Below are positions 8,846 to 19,196 of a DNA stretch of 38,462 bases, piece after piece; position 1 is the stretch's first letter; every line of letters begins with the position of its first letter. This stretch comes from a bacterium (GTDB lineage Bacteria > Babelota > Babeliae > Babelales > JAUWHS01), in assembly GCA_043818275.1 (NCBI GenBank), contig JBDRFY010000075.1:1-38462 (forward strand), given 5' to 3'. A program made the position numbers and the translations under genes. The notes beneath the pieces were generated by a model. That model was not told where the DNA came from and did no database searches. It saw nothing but the letters and a program-made list of their open reading frames with translations.

Positions 8846-9964
8846 ATGAAACTTAAAAACTTTTTTATCTTATCACTAATACCATTATTTTTTGCATCCG
8901 GTTGTTTAAAGGATCAATACAAAAATGATGTTGAACAAAAAACACCAATGGAATATAAACCACTTGAAAAACAACTTCTCGAGTCAGAAGAAAAACTGTC
9001 GGTAGCAGAAGAATTAGCCCAGAAATATCCGGAAGAACAAAGTAAACATACAATTGAAAGAAGAATCCAATCCGCAAAAGAAAAAATTATAGGTGAAGAA
9101 ATAAAAAGATATGAAAAAAAAGTAAAAAGAGAAGAAAAAAGAAAAAGGTTATTAGAAAACAAAAGCGAAATTGATTTTGAAATAGAAAATTTAACCGGAA
9201 AAACTAAATATATTGTTTGCTTTACATACATTAAACAGGAAGAATTTACCCGTTGGCGCTGGGATAAATCTGAAGTTATAGAATTAAAAGATGGAGAAAG
9301 TATAATTGTCGATGTTGATACAATTGCAGACAAATTAGATCGGGATAATGTTTATGGTTATTTAGGAATTTTTGATGATAAAAAAGAAGCAGAAGATTCA
9401 ATATATCAACTCTTACCAGATGAAAACAAAATAGATATAGACAAATTAATAAATTTAAAAGGCAAAAAGGTTGTAATTGGAATAGAAAAATATGGATTTA
9501 AAAAAGAAAATTTAGATTTCAGATTTGTCAGTGAAACAGAAGATAAAATTCCGGAACTTGACTTTATTGTTGAAAATCAGACCGGACGACCTTTATGGCT
9601 AACCTGTTTTGTTTATCAAAAAAAGGCCGATCATCCTGTCTGGCAATATGATAAAACTCCTGTAAAAAAACTTATGCCAAATGATATGACCATAATTGAT
9701 GTTGATCCAATTTCAGAAAAATATGACCGCGTATACTTAAGAGGCGTGCTGGGAATTTTTGACGAAACAGAAGAACAACAAGCTAAAGATGTAACATATG
9801 AACTTTTACCGGAAAATAATAAAATTGAACTTTATCGATTAATGATGTTGAGAGATAAAAAAGTTGTTCTGGAAGCAGAAAGATATGGTATTATAGGTGA
9901 CATAATCAAATTTGATATAAAACCTATACGAAAAATTGAATATATAAAAGCCAATGAAAAATAA
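8846..9964 (+). CDS. Lipoprotein with two tandem copies of an unknown ~125-aa domain
   Basis: Lipobox FASGC; AAGGAG SD; internal duplication EIDFEIENLTGKT..CF.Y..WDK..DVD..LGIFD..Y.LLP..NKI..KKVV..E.YG. Confidence 0.8.
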   Translation: MKLKNFFILSLIPLFFASGCLKDQYKNDVEQKTPMEYKPLEKQLLESEEKLSVAEELAQKYPEEQSKHTIERRIQSAKEKIIGEEIKRYEKKVKREEKRKRLLENKSEIDFEIENLTGKTKYIVCFTYIKQEEFTRWRWDKSEVIELKDGESIIVDVDTIADKLDRDNVYGYLGIFDDKKEAEDSIYQLLPDENKIDIDKLINLKGKKVVIGIEKYGFKKENLDFRFVSETEDKIPELDFIVENQTGRPLWLTCFVYQKKADHPVWQYDKTPVKKLMPNDMTIIDVDPISEKYDRVYLRGVLGIFDETEEQQAKDVTYELLPENNKIELYRLMMLRDKKVVLEAERYGIIGDIIKFDIKPIRKIEYIKANEK

Positions 9965-10847
9965 AAATTACCATACAAGTGTTCTGACAAAAGAAGTTTT
10001 GCAATACTTAAATCCACAACCTGGAAAAATTTATGTTGATGCGACTCTTGGCGGAGGCGGACACACACAGACAATTTTAAACGCTGAACCAAAATGCACC
10101 GTAATCTCAATTGACTGGGATGAACTGGCGCTGCAAAACGCTCAAAGTCTAAAAAAAAATTATGGCGACAGATTAGAACTTGTCTGGGGAAATTTTGCCC
10201 AACTTTACAAATTGCTAAAACAAATTCAAATTAAAAAGATCGATGGTATTTTAGCAGACTTTGGAACATCACAATATCAGATTCATCATAAAGCCGGTTT
10301 TTCTTTTCAACAAAAAACACCACTTGATATGAGAATGTCACCAGCGCATCAAAAAATAACCGCTCAGAATATAATAGATAAAATGTCTGAAAAAGAATTA
10401 GCTCAAATATTTTTTAAATACGGCGAAGAAAAAAAAAGTTTTGCTATAGCGCATGCGATAGTTGAACAAAGAAAAATAATACCGATTCAAAATACCAGGC
10501 AACTGGCAGACTTAATTTATCGAATTAATCCACCGAAAAAGGATCAAAAAATTCATCCTGCAACTAAAGTATTCCAAGCATTACGGATTGTAGTAAACAA
10601 AGAACTTGAAAATATTAATACTTTATTAAAGACATCACTTTCTTTGTTAAATGTTGAAGGAAAAATGGTTTTTATCAGTTTTCATTCACTGGAAGACAGA
10701 ATTGTTAAAAACTTTTTCCGTGAAAATAGCCACATTCTTAAAATTTTAACGCCCAAGGCAATCACCGCAACAGAAACTGAAATTAAATTAAATCCTTCCG
10801 CCAGATCGGCTAAATTAAGGGCCGCTGAAAAAACAGTAAAAGATTAA
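9954..10847 (+). CDS. rsmH: 16S rRNA m4C1402 methyltransferase RsmH (MraW)
   Basis: HTSVL..E; DATLGGGGHT; PLDMRM; HPATKVFQALRIVVNKEL; ISFHSLEDRIVK; NPSARSAKLR. Confidence 0.97.
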   Translation: MKNKNYHTSVLTKEVLQYLNPQPGKIYVDATLGGGGHTQTILNAEPKCTVISIDWDELALQNAQSLKKNYGDRLELVWGNFAQLYKLLKQIQIKKIDGILADFGTSQYQIHHKAGFSFQQKTPLDMRMSPAHQKITAQNIIDKMSEKELAQIFFKYGEEKKSFAIAHAIVEQRKIIPIQNTRQLADLIYRINPPKKDQKIHPATKVFQALRIVVNKELENINTLLKTSLSLLNVEGKMVFISFHSLEDRIVKNFFRENSHILKILTPKAITATETEIKLNPSARSAKLRAAEKTVKD

Positions 10848-10854
10848 ACAATAG

Positions 10855-10883
10855 TTGACAAAATTAGTTACAAACTTTAAATT
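10855..10883 (+). promoter_or_regulatory. sigma70-type promoter for spoVG/tRNA-Gln
   Basis: TTGACA-17 nt-TAAATT. Confidence 0.55.
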
Positions 10884-10952
10884 AACTTTTGTTTGAAGCA
10901 GTAGTAAAGGTTTTCACGCTCCCAACAGAGCACTTCGAAGCAAGGACAATTC

Positions 10953-11207
10953 ATGGATATTACAGAGGTAAAAGTTTTTCCCGCCAGTGAGGGAAAATTG
11001 AAAGGTTACGCAACAATAGTCATTGACGGATGTTTTATCGTCAGGGATCTCAAAATCATAAAAGGGGAAAAAGGTTTATTCGTCTCAATGCCATCAAGAA
11101 GAAAAAAAGATGGTACGTTTAAAGATATCGCCCATCCATTAAATGCTGAAACCAGAACAATGGTTGAAGAGCGAGTCATCGAAGAATACAAAAAAACAGT
11201 AGAATAA
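10953..11207 (+). CDS. spoVG: SpoVG family nucleic-acid-binding protein
   Basis: MDITEVKV...LKGYATIVIDGCFIVRDLKII.G..GLFVSMPSRR..DG.FKDIAHPLN. Confidence 0.95.
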   Translation: MDITEVKVFPASEGKLKGYATIVIDGCFIVRDLKIIKGEKGLFVSMPSRRKKDGTFKDIAHPLNAETRTMVEERVIEEYKKTVE

Positions 11208-11216
11208 AATTTGCGT

Positions 11217-11288
<72 letters not shown>

Positions 11289-11291
<3 letters not shown>

Positions 11292-11320
11292 ACTTTTGCC
11301 AAGGCTTCAGTTGGCACAGC
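11289..11320 (-). repeat. Family B ~30-nt hairpin module abutting the tRNA 3' end
   Basis: Minus strand reads GCTGTG-CCAACT-GAA-GCC-TT-GGC-AAA-AGTTGG, the same architecture as the modules at 25381, 25856, 29248 and 29298. Confidence 0.7.
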
Positions 11321-11433
11321 CAGTTTTTTAAAGGAATAATTTTTAGGCGCTTGTAAATTCTTCGTAGAGAAAAGCGAAGTAGGACTGGCACTGTCAATGT
11401 TTTGTTTCAACTTCCTCAAAGGCTCCCACAAAA

Positions 11434-12243
11434 ATGCTCATACAAGCAAAAAAAAGAGAATCTATAAAAAAAATAAATTTCGAAGAACAATTTTTTAATT
11501 CAGATAAAATTTTTATTCATCAATCATCTATCATCGGCAAAAATGTTTTGCTTGAAGAAAATGTAAAAATTGGTCCGTTTTGCACAATCACAGGAAATGT
11601 TTTAATCAAAAAAAATACCGTCATTTATCCAAATGTTTCAATCGGTTTTCCCGCGCAAAATTTAAGTACAACAAAAAGTTTGGGAACAATTGAAATTGGT
11701 CAAAATTGCCAAATTCGTGAATTTGTAACAATCAGCGCGTCAAAATATGAAACAGGAAAAACTGTAATTGGAAACAATTGCTACATTATGAGTTATTCTC
11801 ACATCGCTCACGATGTAATTTTGGAAGATAATGTGACGCTGATAAATAATGTTAATCTGGCTGGACATGTTCACGTAGAAAAAAATGCTTTTTTAATGGC
11901 AAATGCGGCGGCGCATCAGTTTTGCAAAATTGGTCAATACACAGCACTTGCTCCATACAGCGCAATCAGAAAGGATCTCCCACCTTTTTGTATGTTTAGC
12001 GGACTGCCGGCAACTTTTTATGGTTTAAATATAAATTTATTAAGACAAAAATTTGATTCACAAACAATAAATTCATTGAAAACTGTTACAAAATTATTTT
12101 ATCAGGATAAAATATTGCTTTCCGAAATAAAAAAAATAATTGAACAAAATGAAGAATTAAAAAATAATGAACAAGTTAAAAAATTTATAAATTTTATTGA
12201 AAATAGTAGTCGTGGCGTTTCAAAAAAATCGGCAATAAAATGA
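11434..12243 (+). CDS. lpxA: Acyl-ACP:UDP-GlcNAc acyltransferase LpxA
   Basis: Hexapeptide repeats; IGPFC; IREFVTI; SHIAHD (catalytic His); AGHVHV; HQFCKIG; GLN; helical C-terminus ending SRG. Confidence 0.9.
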   Translation: MLIQAKKRESIKKINFEEQFFNSDKIFIHQSSIIGKNVLLEENVKIGPFCTITGNVLIKKNTVIYPNVSIGFPAQNLSTTKSLGTIEIGQNCQIREFVTISASKYETGKTVIGNNCYIMSYSHIAHDVILEDNVTLINNVNLAGHVHVEKNAFLMANAAAHQFCKIGQYTALAPYSAIRKDLPPFCMFSGLPATFYGLNINLLRQKFDSQTINSLKTVTKLFYQDKILLSEIKKIIEQNEELKNNEQVKKFINFIENSSRGVSKKSAIK

Positions 12244-13187
12244 AAAAAATTAAATTAGGTATAATTGGTCTTGGCCATATGGGTGGTTATCATGCATCAG
12301 CAAGCTCTCTAATAAATGATGCAGAATTAATTGCAGTCGCTGATCCTGATAAAAAAAATTGGGAAAAAATTAAATCAAAAAAAATTATTACTTCTATTAA
12401 TTATAAAAATTGGATTAATGATGTTAATGCAGTAATAATTGCTGTCCCAACAGAGTTGCATCATGAAATTGCAAAAAATTGTCTTTTAAGCGGCAAGCAT
12501 GTTTTACTTGAAAAACCATTAACCAAAACGGTTGAACAGGCTAAAGAACTTTTCAAAATCGCAAAAGAAAAAAAACTGGCGTTACATGTTGGTCACGTCG
12601 AACGCTTTAATGGCGCAATTCAGGAAGTAAAAAAAAGAATAAAAGCGCCTGATTTAATTGAATGTCACAGAATGGGACCATACTCATCAAGAGTACAAAA
12701 GGACAGTGTCGTTTTAGACTTAATGATTCACGATCTTGATCTGGTATTAAGTCTTGTTGATTCGCCGGTAAAAAGCTTTAATGTTTTTGGCAAAAAAATA
12801 AAAACCGATTCCTGCGATATTGCCACAGCTCAAATTGAATTTGAAAATGGAACAATTGCCAACATAACTTCAAGCAGAGCCAGTCACATAAAAAAACGCA
12901 CAATGAGCATTCATCAACAAAATTCTTTTATTAATCTGGATTTTACAACACAGGACATTTCTATTTATCGCAACCCAACCGATAGCGTTCAAATTGGAAC
13001 AAATGAATTAAAATACAAACAGGAAAAAACAATAGAAAATTTAATTGTTTATAATGATAATCCTTTAAAACTGGAAATAGAAAATTTCATTAAGGCTATT
13101 AAAACCAAAACAAAATTAATTGATGAAAAACAGGATACAACTGCTCTTAAATTAACATTGGAAATAGAAAAAAGGCTGGGCTTATGA
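12240..13187 (+). CDS. Gfo/Idh/MocA oxidoreductase (GnnA-like)
   Basis: GIIGLGHMG; IAVPT..H; HVLLEKP; VGHVERFN; DLMIHDLD; ATGA overlaps with lpxA and lpxI. Confidence 0.9.
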   Translation: MKKIKLGIIGLGHMGGYHASASSLINDAELIAVADPDKKNWEKIKSKKIITSINYKNWINDVNAVIIAVPTELHHEIAKNCLLSGKHVLLEKPLTKTVEQAKELFKIAKEKKLALHVGHVERFNGAIQEVKKRIKAPDLIECHRMGPYSSRVQKDSVVLDLMIHDLDLVLSLVDSPVKSFNVFGKKIKTDSCDIATAQIEFENGTIANITSSRASHIKKRTMSIHQQNSFINLDFTTQDISIYRNPTDSVQIGTNELKYKQEKTIENLIVYNDNPLKLEIENFIKAIKTKTKLIDEKQDTTALKLTLEIEKRLGL

Positions 13188-13987
13188 TCGCGATAATTGC
13201 CGGAACCGGAAACCTTCCAGTTGAGGCATGCAAAAGTCTACTAGAAAAAAAACAATCATTTTTTGTTATTAGCCTTTTTCCTCAGGACAATCTGGATAAA
13301 ATATTAAATATTGTTGGCAACAGTAAATTAGTTGTTACACAAAAATTTTATAAAGCCACTCAAATATTAAAAATTTTAAAAGAAAGAAACGTAACAAAGG
13401 TTTTACTTATCGGGAAAGTTGATAAAAGAAACACTTTAAAAAAAATTAAACTGGATTGGATTACAATTAAATTTTTTGCCTCTCTTGTTTGTAGAAGTGA
13501 CACAACAATGATGGAAAAAATTGTTTCTTCTTTTAATGAACGTGGATTTCAGGTTTTAAATCAAAATGAAATACTGCAATCACTATTTATCCCACCCGGA
13601 ATATTAACGGGAAAATTAACACCCGAATTAAAAGAAAATATTGATTTTGGAATTAATATTGCCGAAAAAATTTCTGAATTTGATATCGGACAAACAGTAG
13701 TTGTAAAAGATAAAATGATTTTGGCCATTGAGGCAATTGAAGGAACTGACAGCTGCATTAAACGTGGAATTGAACTGGGACAAAATAATGTGGTTATTTG
13801 TAAAGCTGCAAGAAAAAATCAAAGTAAAAAATTTGATCTACCCACTCTTGGTCCAGACAGTCTGAAAAATATTAAAAAAAATGAAGTCCAAGCAATCGCC
13901 TGGACTTCCAATCAAACATTTATTGCGGATAAAGAATTATTCATTGCAAAAGCACGTGGGCTCGGAATCACTTTAATTTCTGTTTAA
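13184..13987 (+). CDS. lpxI: UDP-2,3-diacylglucosamine pyrophosphatase LpxI (DUF1009)
   Basis: IAIIAGTGNLP; GKVDKR; DIGQTVVVKD..ILAIEAIEGTD; FDLPTLGP. Confidence 0.9.
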   Translation: MIAIIAGTGNLPVEACKSLLEKKQSFFVISLFPQDNLDKILNIVGNSKLVVTQKFYKATQILKILKERNVTKVLLIGKVDKRNTLKKIKLDWITIKFFASLVCRSDTTMMEKIVSSFNERGFQVLNQNEILQSLFIPPGILTGKLTPELKENIDFGINIAEKISEFDIGQTVVVKDKMILAIEAIEGTDSCIKRGIELGQNNVVICKAARKNQSKKFDLPTLGPDSLKNIKKNEVQAIAWTSNQTFIADKELFIAKARGLGITLISV

Positions 13988-16593
13988 GCAAAATAATTTT
14001 GAACTCTTGGATAAACTGGACCATATTTATCTATCGCCCATTGAGTACCCCAAAGAGCCGTTCTAGACCCAACAAATCTACCGGTATAACCAATAAATCT
14101 CTTGGCAACAGAATCAAAAATATCATCAAAAATACTGCTTATTTCCAAAATATTACCAAAGTTATTTTTAATTTTTTTATAATATTGAGCAGCATCCAGA
14201 TAACTTAACAATCCAATTCCGGCAAGATTATATAAAAATATACCAGCAACTTCATTTTCTCCTGATGCAGTAAGAAGCGCAACCATAACTTCTTTAAACA
14301 TAAAGAAACTTTCGGTAAAATCTTCGCCCATTTCTTGTAATGCCTGAGTTGTGTTTTTTCCTGTTAATTTATCCCAAGCAGAAGCGCAACCTTTTACCCC
14401 AGTTATCAAAGAAGAATAAATAAAATCGCTATTTTTTTCTGCAACTTTTCTTCCAATATGTCCACCAACGCTTGAAGCCAAATAACCTAAAATTTTACCT
14501 TCATAATATTCTTGTCTTGTATAAATCTTTAATTCGTTAAGTCGATTAGTTTTTTCTTCAATTTGATTTGTTACAAATCTCGTTTGATGCGGTTTCTCTT
14601 TCAATTCTTTTATTTCACCTCTCAACCTGGATATTTCACCTTTTTTAAGATCAACAAAATTTTTGCCTAAACTTAAACGATTATAAATATCAAAATCATC
14701 CAGAAAACGATCTTCTCTTTTAATTTTCGCTATTTGTTCCGGAAAATTATTTATAATATCTGGATAAGACATATCAATAAATAATTCTGCTAACTCAGGT
14801 CTTAAAATTCCCAAAGTATTGTTATCAAGCTTTTCAAAAAATTCCGGATTGACAACATAAAAAAGAACCTCAACAAATTCACCTAAACTTTTTTTTGCAA
14901 GATTAAGCATGCTTAAAGTCGCGTTTTTTATTCTTATATCATTATTTGGCCAAAAAACTTTAGCCGCATCAGTCGCTTTATCAAGTAAATGATATGAGGT
15001 AAAAGCAGCAACATATTGCAATAAACTGGCCAATGGTAAAATATTTCTGCTAAATGTATTTGTAACCTTATAAATATATGCCGCTTTAAATAAAGCCATG
15101 CCCAGTAACAATTCTTTTTTTGATAAGCCATTTAAAAGAAAAGTATTAATATCAATTTTACCCTGCGCGACATCTAACAAAGATAAACCATCTTTACCCA
15201 GGGAGGTAAGCTCACCTTTACCCTGCATAATCTCAACTAAAGATAAAGCCTTTAGCGCCATATAATAATCAAAAAAACTGGTTGCGGCAGTTAAAAGTCT
15301 TACGGCTCTATCTGTCCAACCGTAATAACTAAAAAATTTTGTCTTCCAGCCATTCCAATCAAAAAAACTAAATGTTTTATTTTCGGAATCATAACCGATA
15401 TTTAAAAGGCTTTTTTTGCGAACATCAAGCGGATCAATTCTGCCATATAAATCATAACTGGCTAAAAGAAAGTTATTAAATAATTGCGACCAGAAACTTT
15501 TTTGAATTTTTAAATCTTTACCGTAAGCATTAAAAACTTCTAATGATTTTTTATGAGTCTGAATTTCTGTCAGGAAATGTTGAACCGCTTGAGCCAATTT
15601 AATTTCAGTTGTATTTTTTTGTAAATTTTCAAATTCTTTTTCAATTATTTTAAAACCGTTATAAACTTTTTGCGCTTCTATCTTTAAATAATTAAGGCAT
15701 ACATCAATTAATTTACTTAAATTTTTATTGCTCAAAGCTTCTAAAATTTCACTTAAAGAATTTAATTCTCTTTTAATATTTAAACGGTTAAAGGATTTAA
15801 GTTTAACTGAAAATTCCTTTAATTTTGTAACTACTACATCCAAAACCCTTTGTTCTTTCGCGCTTATTTTTGGTTTATTTGCATATCCAACACCCGCAAA
15901 AGGCATAAAAAATGGAGCCTGATTATAATCATAAAAACTTGTCACAAGCTCATCCTGTTTGCGTTTCAAACCGGGTAAAGATCCCCGTGAAATTAAAAAA
16001 CTTATCAAACCTTCCCGCAATAAATAATCAACTTTTTTTAAAATTTCAGATATTTCTTCGGATTCAGATTTAAGATCTGTTAAATCTATTTTTTTGATCT
16101 CTTCATCTATCTTATTTAAAAGTTTTACAATACAGTTTTCAAAACAAATGGAAAGGCTCATTTCCTCCATTCTTCGTTGTTGCAATAAAAACATTTGTTG
16201 ATATTTTTCAGGTAAAAGATCAAATTTTTCCTGAATTTCTTTTCTTCTTTTTTCTTGTAACGCTTTCTCAAAGGTTGCAATAAAACTTTGTAATGGATCA
16301 GAACCATTAGCCGAACCAGCCCCAAAAAGAGACAATAAAGAATTTAGAACTTCCCTGTCTTCATTAATATCTTCATCATTTTGAATAACGGGAATATCTG
16401 TTAAATCATTTGAGTTTTGTAAATTATCTGTCTTTTGAATTTGGTCGCCTGAACTTTCATCTGAAACAGCCTTTTGTAAATTTTCATTTTTGGCAACAAC
16501 GTCTAAACCGCCATTACTTCCAACATCAAAACTAAATAATTGGTTAAAAATAGATACGCAAATTAAAACAATGGCTAACCGTTTTTTAAGCAT
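13984..16593 (-). CDS. Large secreted/membrane-associated hypothetical protein
   Basis: 869-aa ORF with signal peptide, coiled-coil and hydrophobic segments; no family recognised. Confidence 0.75.
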   Translation of the reverse strand: MLKKRLAIVLICVSIFNQLFSFDVGSNGGLDVVAKNENLQKAVSDESSGDQIQKTDNLQNSNDLTDIPVIQNDEDINEDREVLNSLLSLFGAGSANGSDPLQSFIATFEKALQEKRRKEIQEKFDLLPEKYQQMFLLQQRRMEEMSLSICFENCIVKLLNKIDEEIKKIDLTDLKSESEEISEILKKVDYLLREGLISFLISRGSLPGLKRKQDELVTSFYDYNQAPFFMPFAGVGYANKPKISAKEQRVLDVVVTKLKEFSVKLKSFNRLNIKRELNSLSEILEALSNKNLSKLIDVCLNYLKIEAQKVYNGFKIIEKEFENLQKNTTEIKLAQAVQHFLTEIQTHKKSLEVFNAYGKDLKIQKSFWSQLFNNFLLASYDLYGRIDPLDVRKKSLLNIGYDSENKTFSFFDWNGWKTKFFSYYGWTDRAVRLLTAATSFFDYYMALKALSLVEIMQGKGELTSLGKDGLSLLDVAQGKIDINTFLLNGLSKKELLLGMALFKAAYIYKVTNTFSRNILPLASLLQYVAAFTSYHLLDKATDAAKVFWPNNDIRIKNATLSMLNLAKKSLGEFVEVLFYVVNPEFFEKLDNNTLGILRPELAELFIDMSYPDIINNFPEQIAKIKREDRFLDDFDIYNRLSLGKNFVDLKKGEISRLRGEIKELKEKPHQTRFVTNQIEEKTNRLNELKIYTRQEYYEGKILGYLASSVGGHIGRKVAEKNSDFIYSSLITGVKGCASAWDKLTGKNTTQALQEMGEDFTESFFMFKEVMVALLTASGENEVAGIFLYNLAGIGLLSYLDAAQYYKKIKNNFGNILEISSIFDDIFDSVAKRFIGYTGRFVGSRTALWGTQWAIDKYGPVYPRVQNYFA

Positions 16594-16706
16594 AAAGAAA
16601 GCCCCCGGATCTAAATTTTTATGTAAATTTTCTTTTAAAAAATTGGGTGAAAGTGAAGTATTGCGAATTATGGATTAATTGTCAATTTAAATTGAGACTT
16701 TTTGCT

Positions 16707-17813
16707 TTACCACCGCTGTTTTCTTGAGAAATTTACAATCAGACCAATCATTGAAAGAACAGCGATTAATGAAGTTCCGCCATAACTGACAAAAGGAAGC
16801 CCTAATCCCTTAGTTGGAAGTAATCCGGTTGTGACCATCAGATTTACACATGCCTGCAGACAAATAAGAACAACAAATCCCAGGGTTGTAAAAAATGCAA
16901 ACAGGTTTTCCTTTAACTGCAAAGCAATCCGAAGGCCAAAATAACAAAATAAAAGATAAAGCAGAATTATAAAACATGAGCCTACAAAACCGGTTTCTTC
17001 TGCAATAATTGAAAAAATAAAATCTGTATGCTGCATGGGTAAATAAAAGAATTTTTGTCTGGAATTTGAAATTCCAAGCCCCCATAAACTGCCCGAACCA
17101 ATTGCTATTAAAGATTGTATTATCTGAAAACCTCTTCCTTTTGGATCAGCCCAGGGATTTAAAAATATTAAAATTCTGTCCAGTCTATATTTCTGTGAAT
17201 AAATTAAGGCAATAATTAACGGAAATGAACACATAACGGTTATAAACAAATGCAAGATATTAAATTCGGCAATGAATAATAAAGCAACTGATGTAGCAAA
17301 AATTGTAATAACTGAACCAAAGTCAGGCTGTTTAAGCAAAATCACAAAAGTAACACCTAAAATCATTAAAAACGGTAAATAACTATTCCAAAATGATTCT
17401 ATCTTTTTTTGCTTTTTTTCTAAAAAATAACCTATGTACATAAACAAAAATAATTTTAAAAACTCACTGGGCTGAAAACTAAACCCAAATAAACTTAACC
17501 ATCTTGATGAACCATGAATTCTAAAGCCAGTTTTTGGAAGCATTGTCATAGAAGTGACAAGTAAAGAAATAAGAAAAAATATTGGTATATGTTTTTTCCA
17601 AAAACTCATTGGTAAAATTGCAAATATTAAAAATGAAATTATTCCAAGACAAAGATATATAATTTGTTTTTTTAAAAAATAATGAGCAGCTCCAAACTTT
17701 TCCAAAGCATAAACTGAACTTGCTGAATAAATAAAAATTAACCCAAGAATTATTAATAAAGAAACAATAACTAATAAAATTCTTACATCACTTTTCAACT
17801 TATTCTGAACCAT
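16707..17813 (-). CDS. ftsW: SEDS peptidoglycan polymerase FtsW
   Basis: GSSRWL..FQPSEFLK; KQPDFG; GFQIIQSLIAIGSG; PMQHTDFIF; PTKGLGLPFVSYGGTS; follows murD. Confidence 0.95.
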   Translation of the reverse strand: MVQNKLKSDVRILLVIVSLLIILGLIFIYSASSVYALEKFGAAHYFLKKQIIYLCLGIISFLIFAILPMSFWKKHIPIFFLISLLVTSMTMLPKTGFRIHGSSRWLSLFGFSFQPSEFLKLFLFMYIGYFLEKKQKKIESFWNSYLPFLMILGVTFVILLKQPDFGSVITIFATSVALLFIAEFNILHLFITVMCSFPLIIALIYSQKYRLDRILIFLNPWADPKGRGFQIIQSLIAIGSGSLWGLGISNSRQKFFYLPMQHTDFIFSIIAEETGFVGSCFIILLYLLFCYFGLRIALQLKENLFAFFTTLGFVVLICLQACVNLMVTTGLLPTKGLGLPFVSYGGTSLIAVLSMIGLIVNFSRKQRW

Positions 17814-17847
17814 TTAGATCTCCAGGTTTAAAATGTACTAAAATTTA

Positions 17848-19194
17848 TTAAACCTGATTATACATTTTCAAAACCAAATCTTTAAAGACTTTTCCTCTAT
17901 GCATGTAATTATCAAATAAATCAAAGCTTGAACCGGCTGGAGAAAATAAAATCTGATCGCCAGATTTGGCTATTTTTTGAATTTCTTTTAAAACAGAATC
18001 AAGAGTTGGATAAGTTTTTAAATTTTCAAATAAATTTGATTCTTGACCAAAAAAGAAAAGCTCTTTTAAATTTTTATATTTTTCAGGTAATAATTTTATA
18101 AAAACAGAACGATCAACGCCTTTGCTTAATCCACCCAAAACTAAAATTATTGGTTTACCGTTTTTATCAAGCTCTTTTAATGCGGAATCTGTTGCCTGTA
18201 TAACAGTAGATTTTGAATCATTATAAAAATCTATTCCATTAATCGTAACAAAAAACTCCAGACGATGTTCAAATGTTCTATCTTTCAAATCAATATCATT
18301 TGAATCTATTTTTAATTTTTTTAAATCAACCCCATAAACATAAACAGCGGCTAAAGCAAATACCCAATTTTGAATAAAACTAAATTTAGGTAATCTTCTT
18401 AAATCAAAAATTGTTTTATTCTCAATAATTTTTAAATTATCGATTTGGACCAATTTCAACATTTCATCATCAACATAAAAAACAGAAAATTTTTTTTTCG
18501 ACAACAAATATTTGTCAGCAGAAAAATTTTCATTGCAAATAAAACACAGTGATGAATCTAAATTATTAAAACTATCAATATTTTTTTCATTTAAAAGTTC
18601 AATTGGCATTAACGAAAATTGCCCATCTTTTTGATATTTAAAAATGTTAAATTTCGAATCAAAATAATGTGATTCAGTTTGATGCCAGTCTAAATGATTA
18701 AGATAAAAATTAGACCATATGGCAACATCTGGCGCAAATTTTTTATTTAAATAAAGCTGAAAACTTGAAAGTTCTAATACTGATAAATCCAGATTTGTCT
18801 GATTTTTTATCAAATCCATCATTGGTAAACCAATATTTCCGGCAAGACCAACTTTGTAATTATTTTTCTCAAGTAAAAAACTAATTAATTTAGCTATTGT
18901 GGTTTTGCCAAGAGAACCTGTAACAACAATAGATTTTCCAAAAAAAGAATTTTGAAAAATATCTAATTCACCCGAACATTTTTCAGGATATTTTTTATAA
19001 AAGCTTTCATATTTTTTATATGGAATTCCGGGGCTAATAATATTTAAATCATTTGATTTTAAAAAATCTAAAATAGATATTTGGGATGTTGTATCCTTTT
19101 CATCCCAAATATCTATTTGAAAATTCTTATTTTTATAAAATTCCAAAACAGATTTACCAACAACTCCTAACCCCAGGATGCCAATTTTTTTCAT
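17848..19194 (-). CDS. murD: UDP-MurNAc-L-Ala:D-Glu ligase MurD
   Basis: GLGVVG; SPGIP; TGSLGKTT; GNIG.P; LELSSFQL; NHLDWH; EHRLE; YNDSKST; SPAGSSFDLF...RG. Confidence 0.93.
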   Translation of the reverse strand: MKKIGILGLGVVGKSVLEFYKNKNFQIDIWDEKDTTSQISILDFLKSNDLNIISPGIPYKKYESFYKKYPEKCSGELDIFQNSFFGKSIVVTGSLGKTTIAKLISFLLEKNNYKVGLAGNIGLPMMDLIKNQTNLDLSVLELSSFQLYLNKKFAPDVAIWSNFYLNHLDWHQTESHYFDSKFNIFKYQKDGQFSLMPIELLNEKNIDSFNNLDSSLCFICNENFSADKYLLSKKKFSVFYVDDEMLKLVQIDNLKIIENKTIFDLRRLPKFSFIQNWVFALAAVYVYGVDLKKLKIDSNDIDLKDRTFEHRLEFFVTINGIDFYNDSKSTVIQATDSALKELDKNGKPIILVLGGLSKGVDRSVFIKLLPEKYKNLKELFFFGQESNLFENLKTYPTLDSVLKEIQKIAKSGDQILFSPAGSSFDLFDNYMHRGKVFKDLVLKMYNQV

Positions 19195-19196
19195 AT

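Noticed and set aside
10892..10945. Structured 5' leader of spoVG
   Set aside because: Only short stems (GCTC/GAGC); insufficient evidence.
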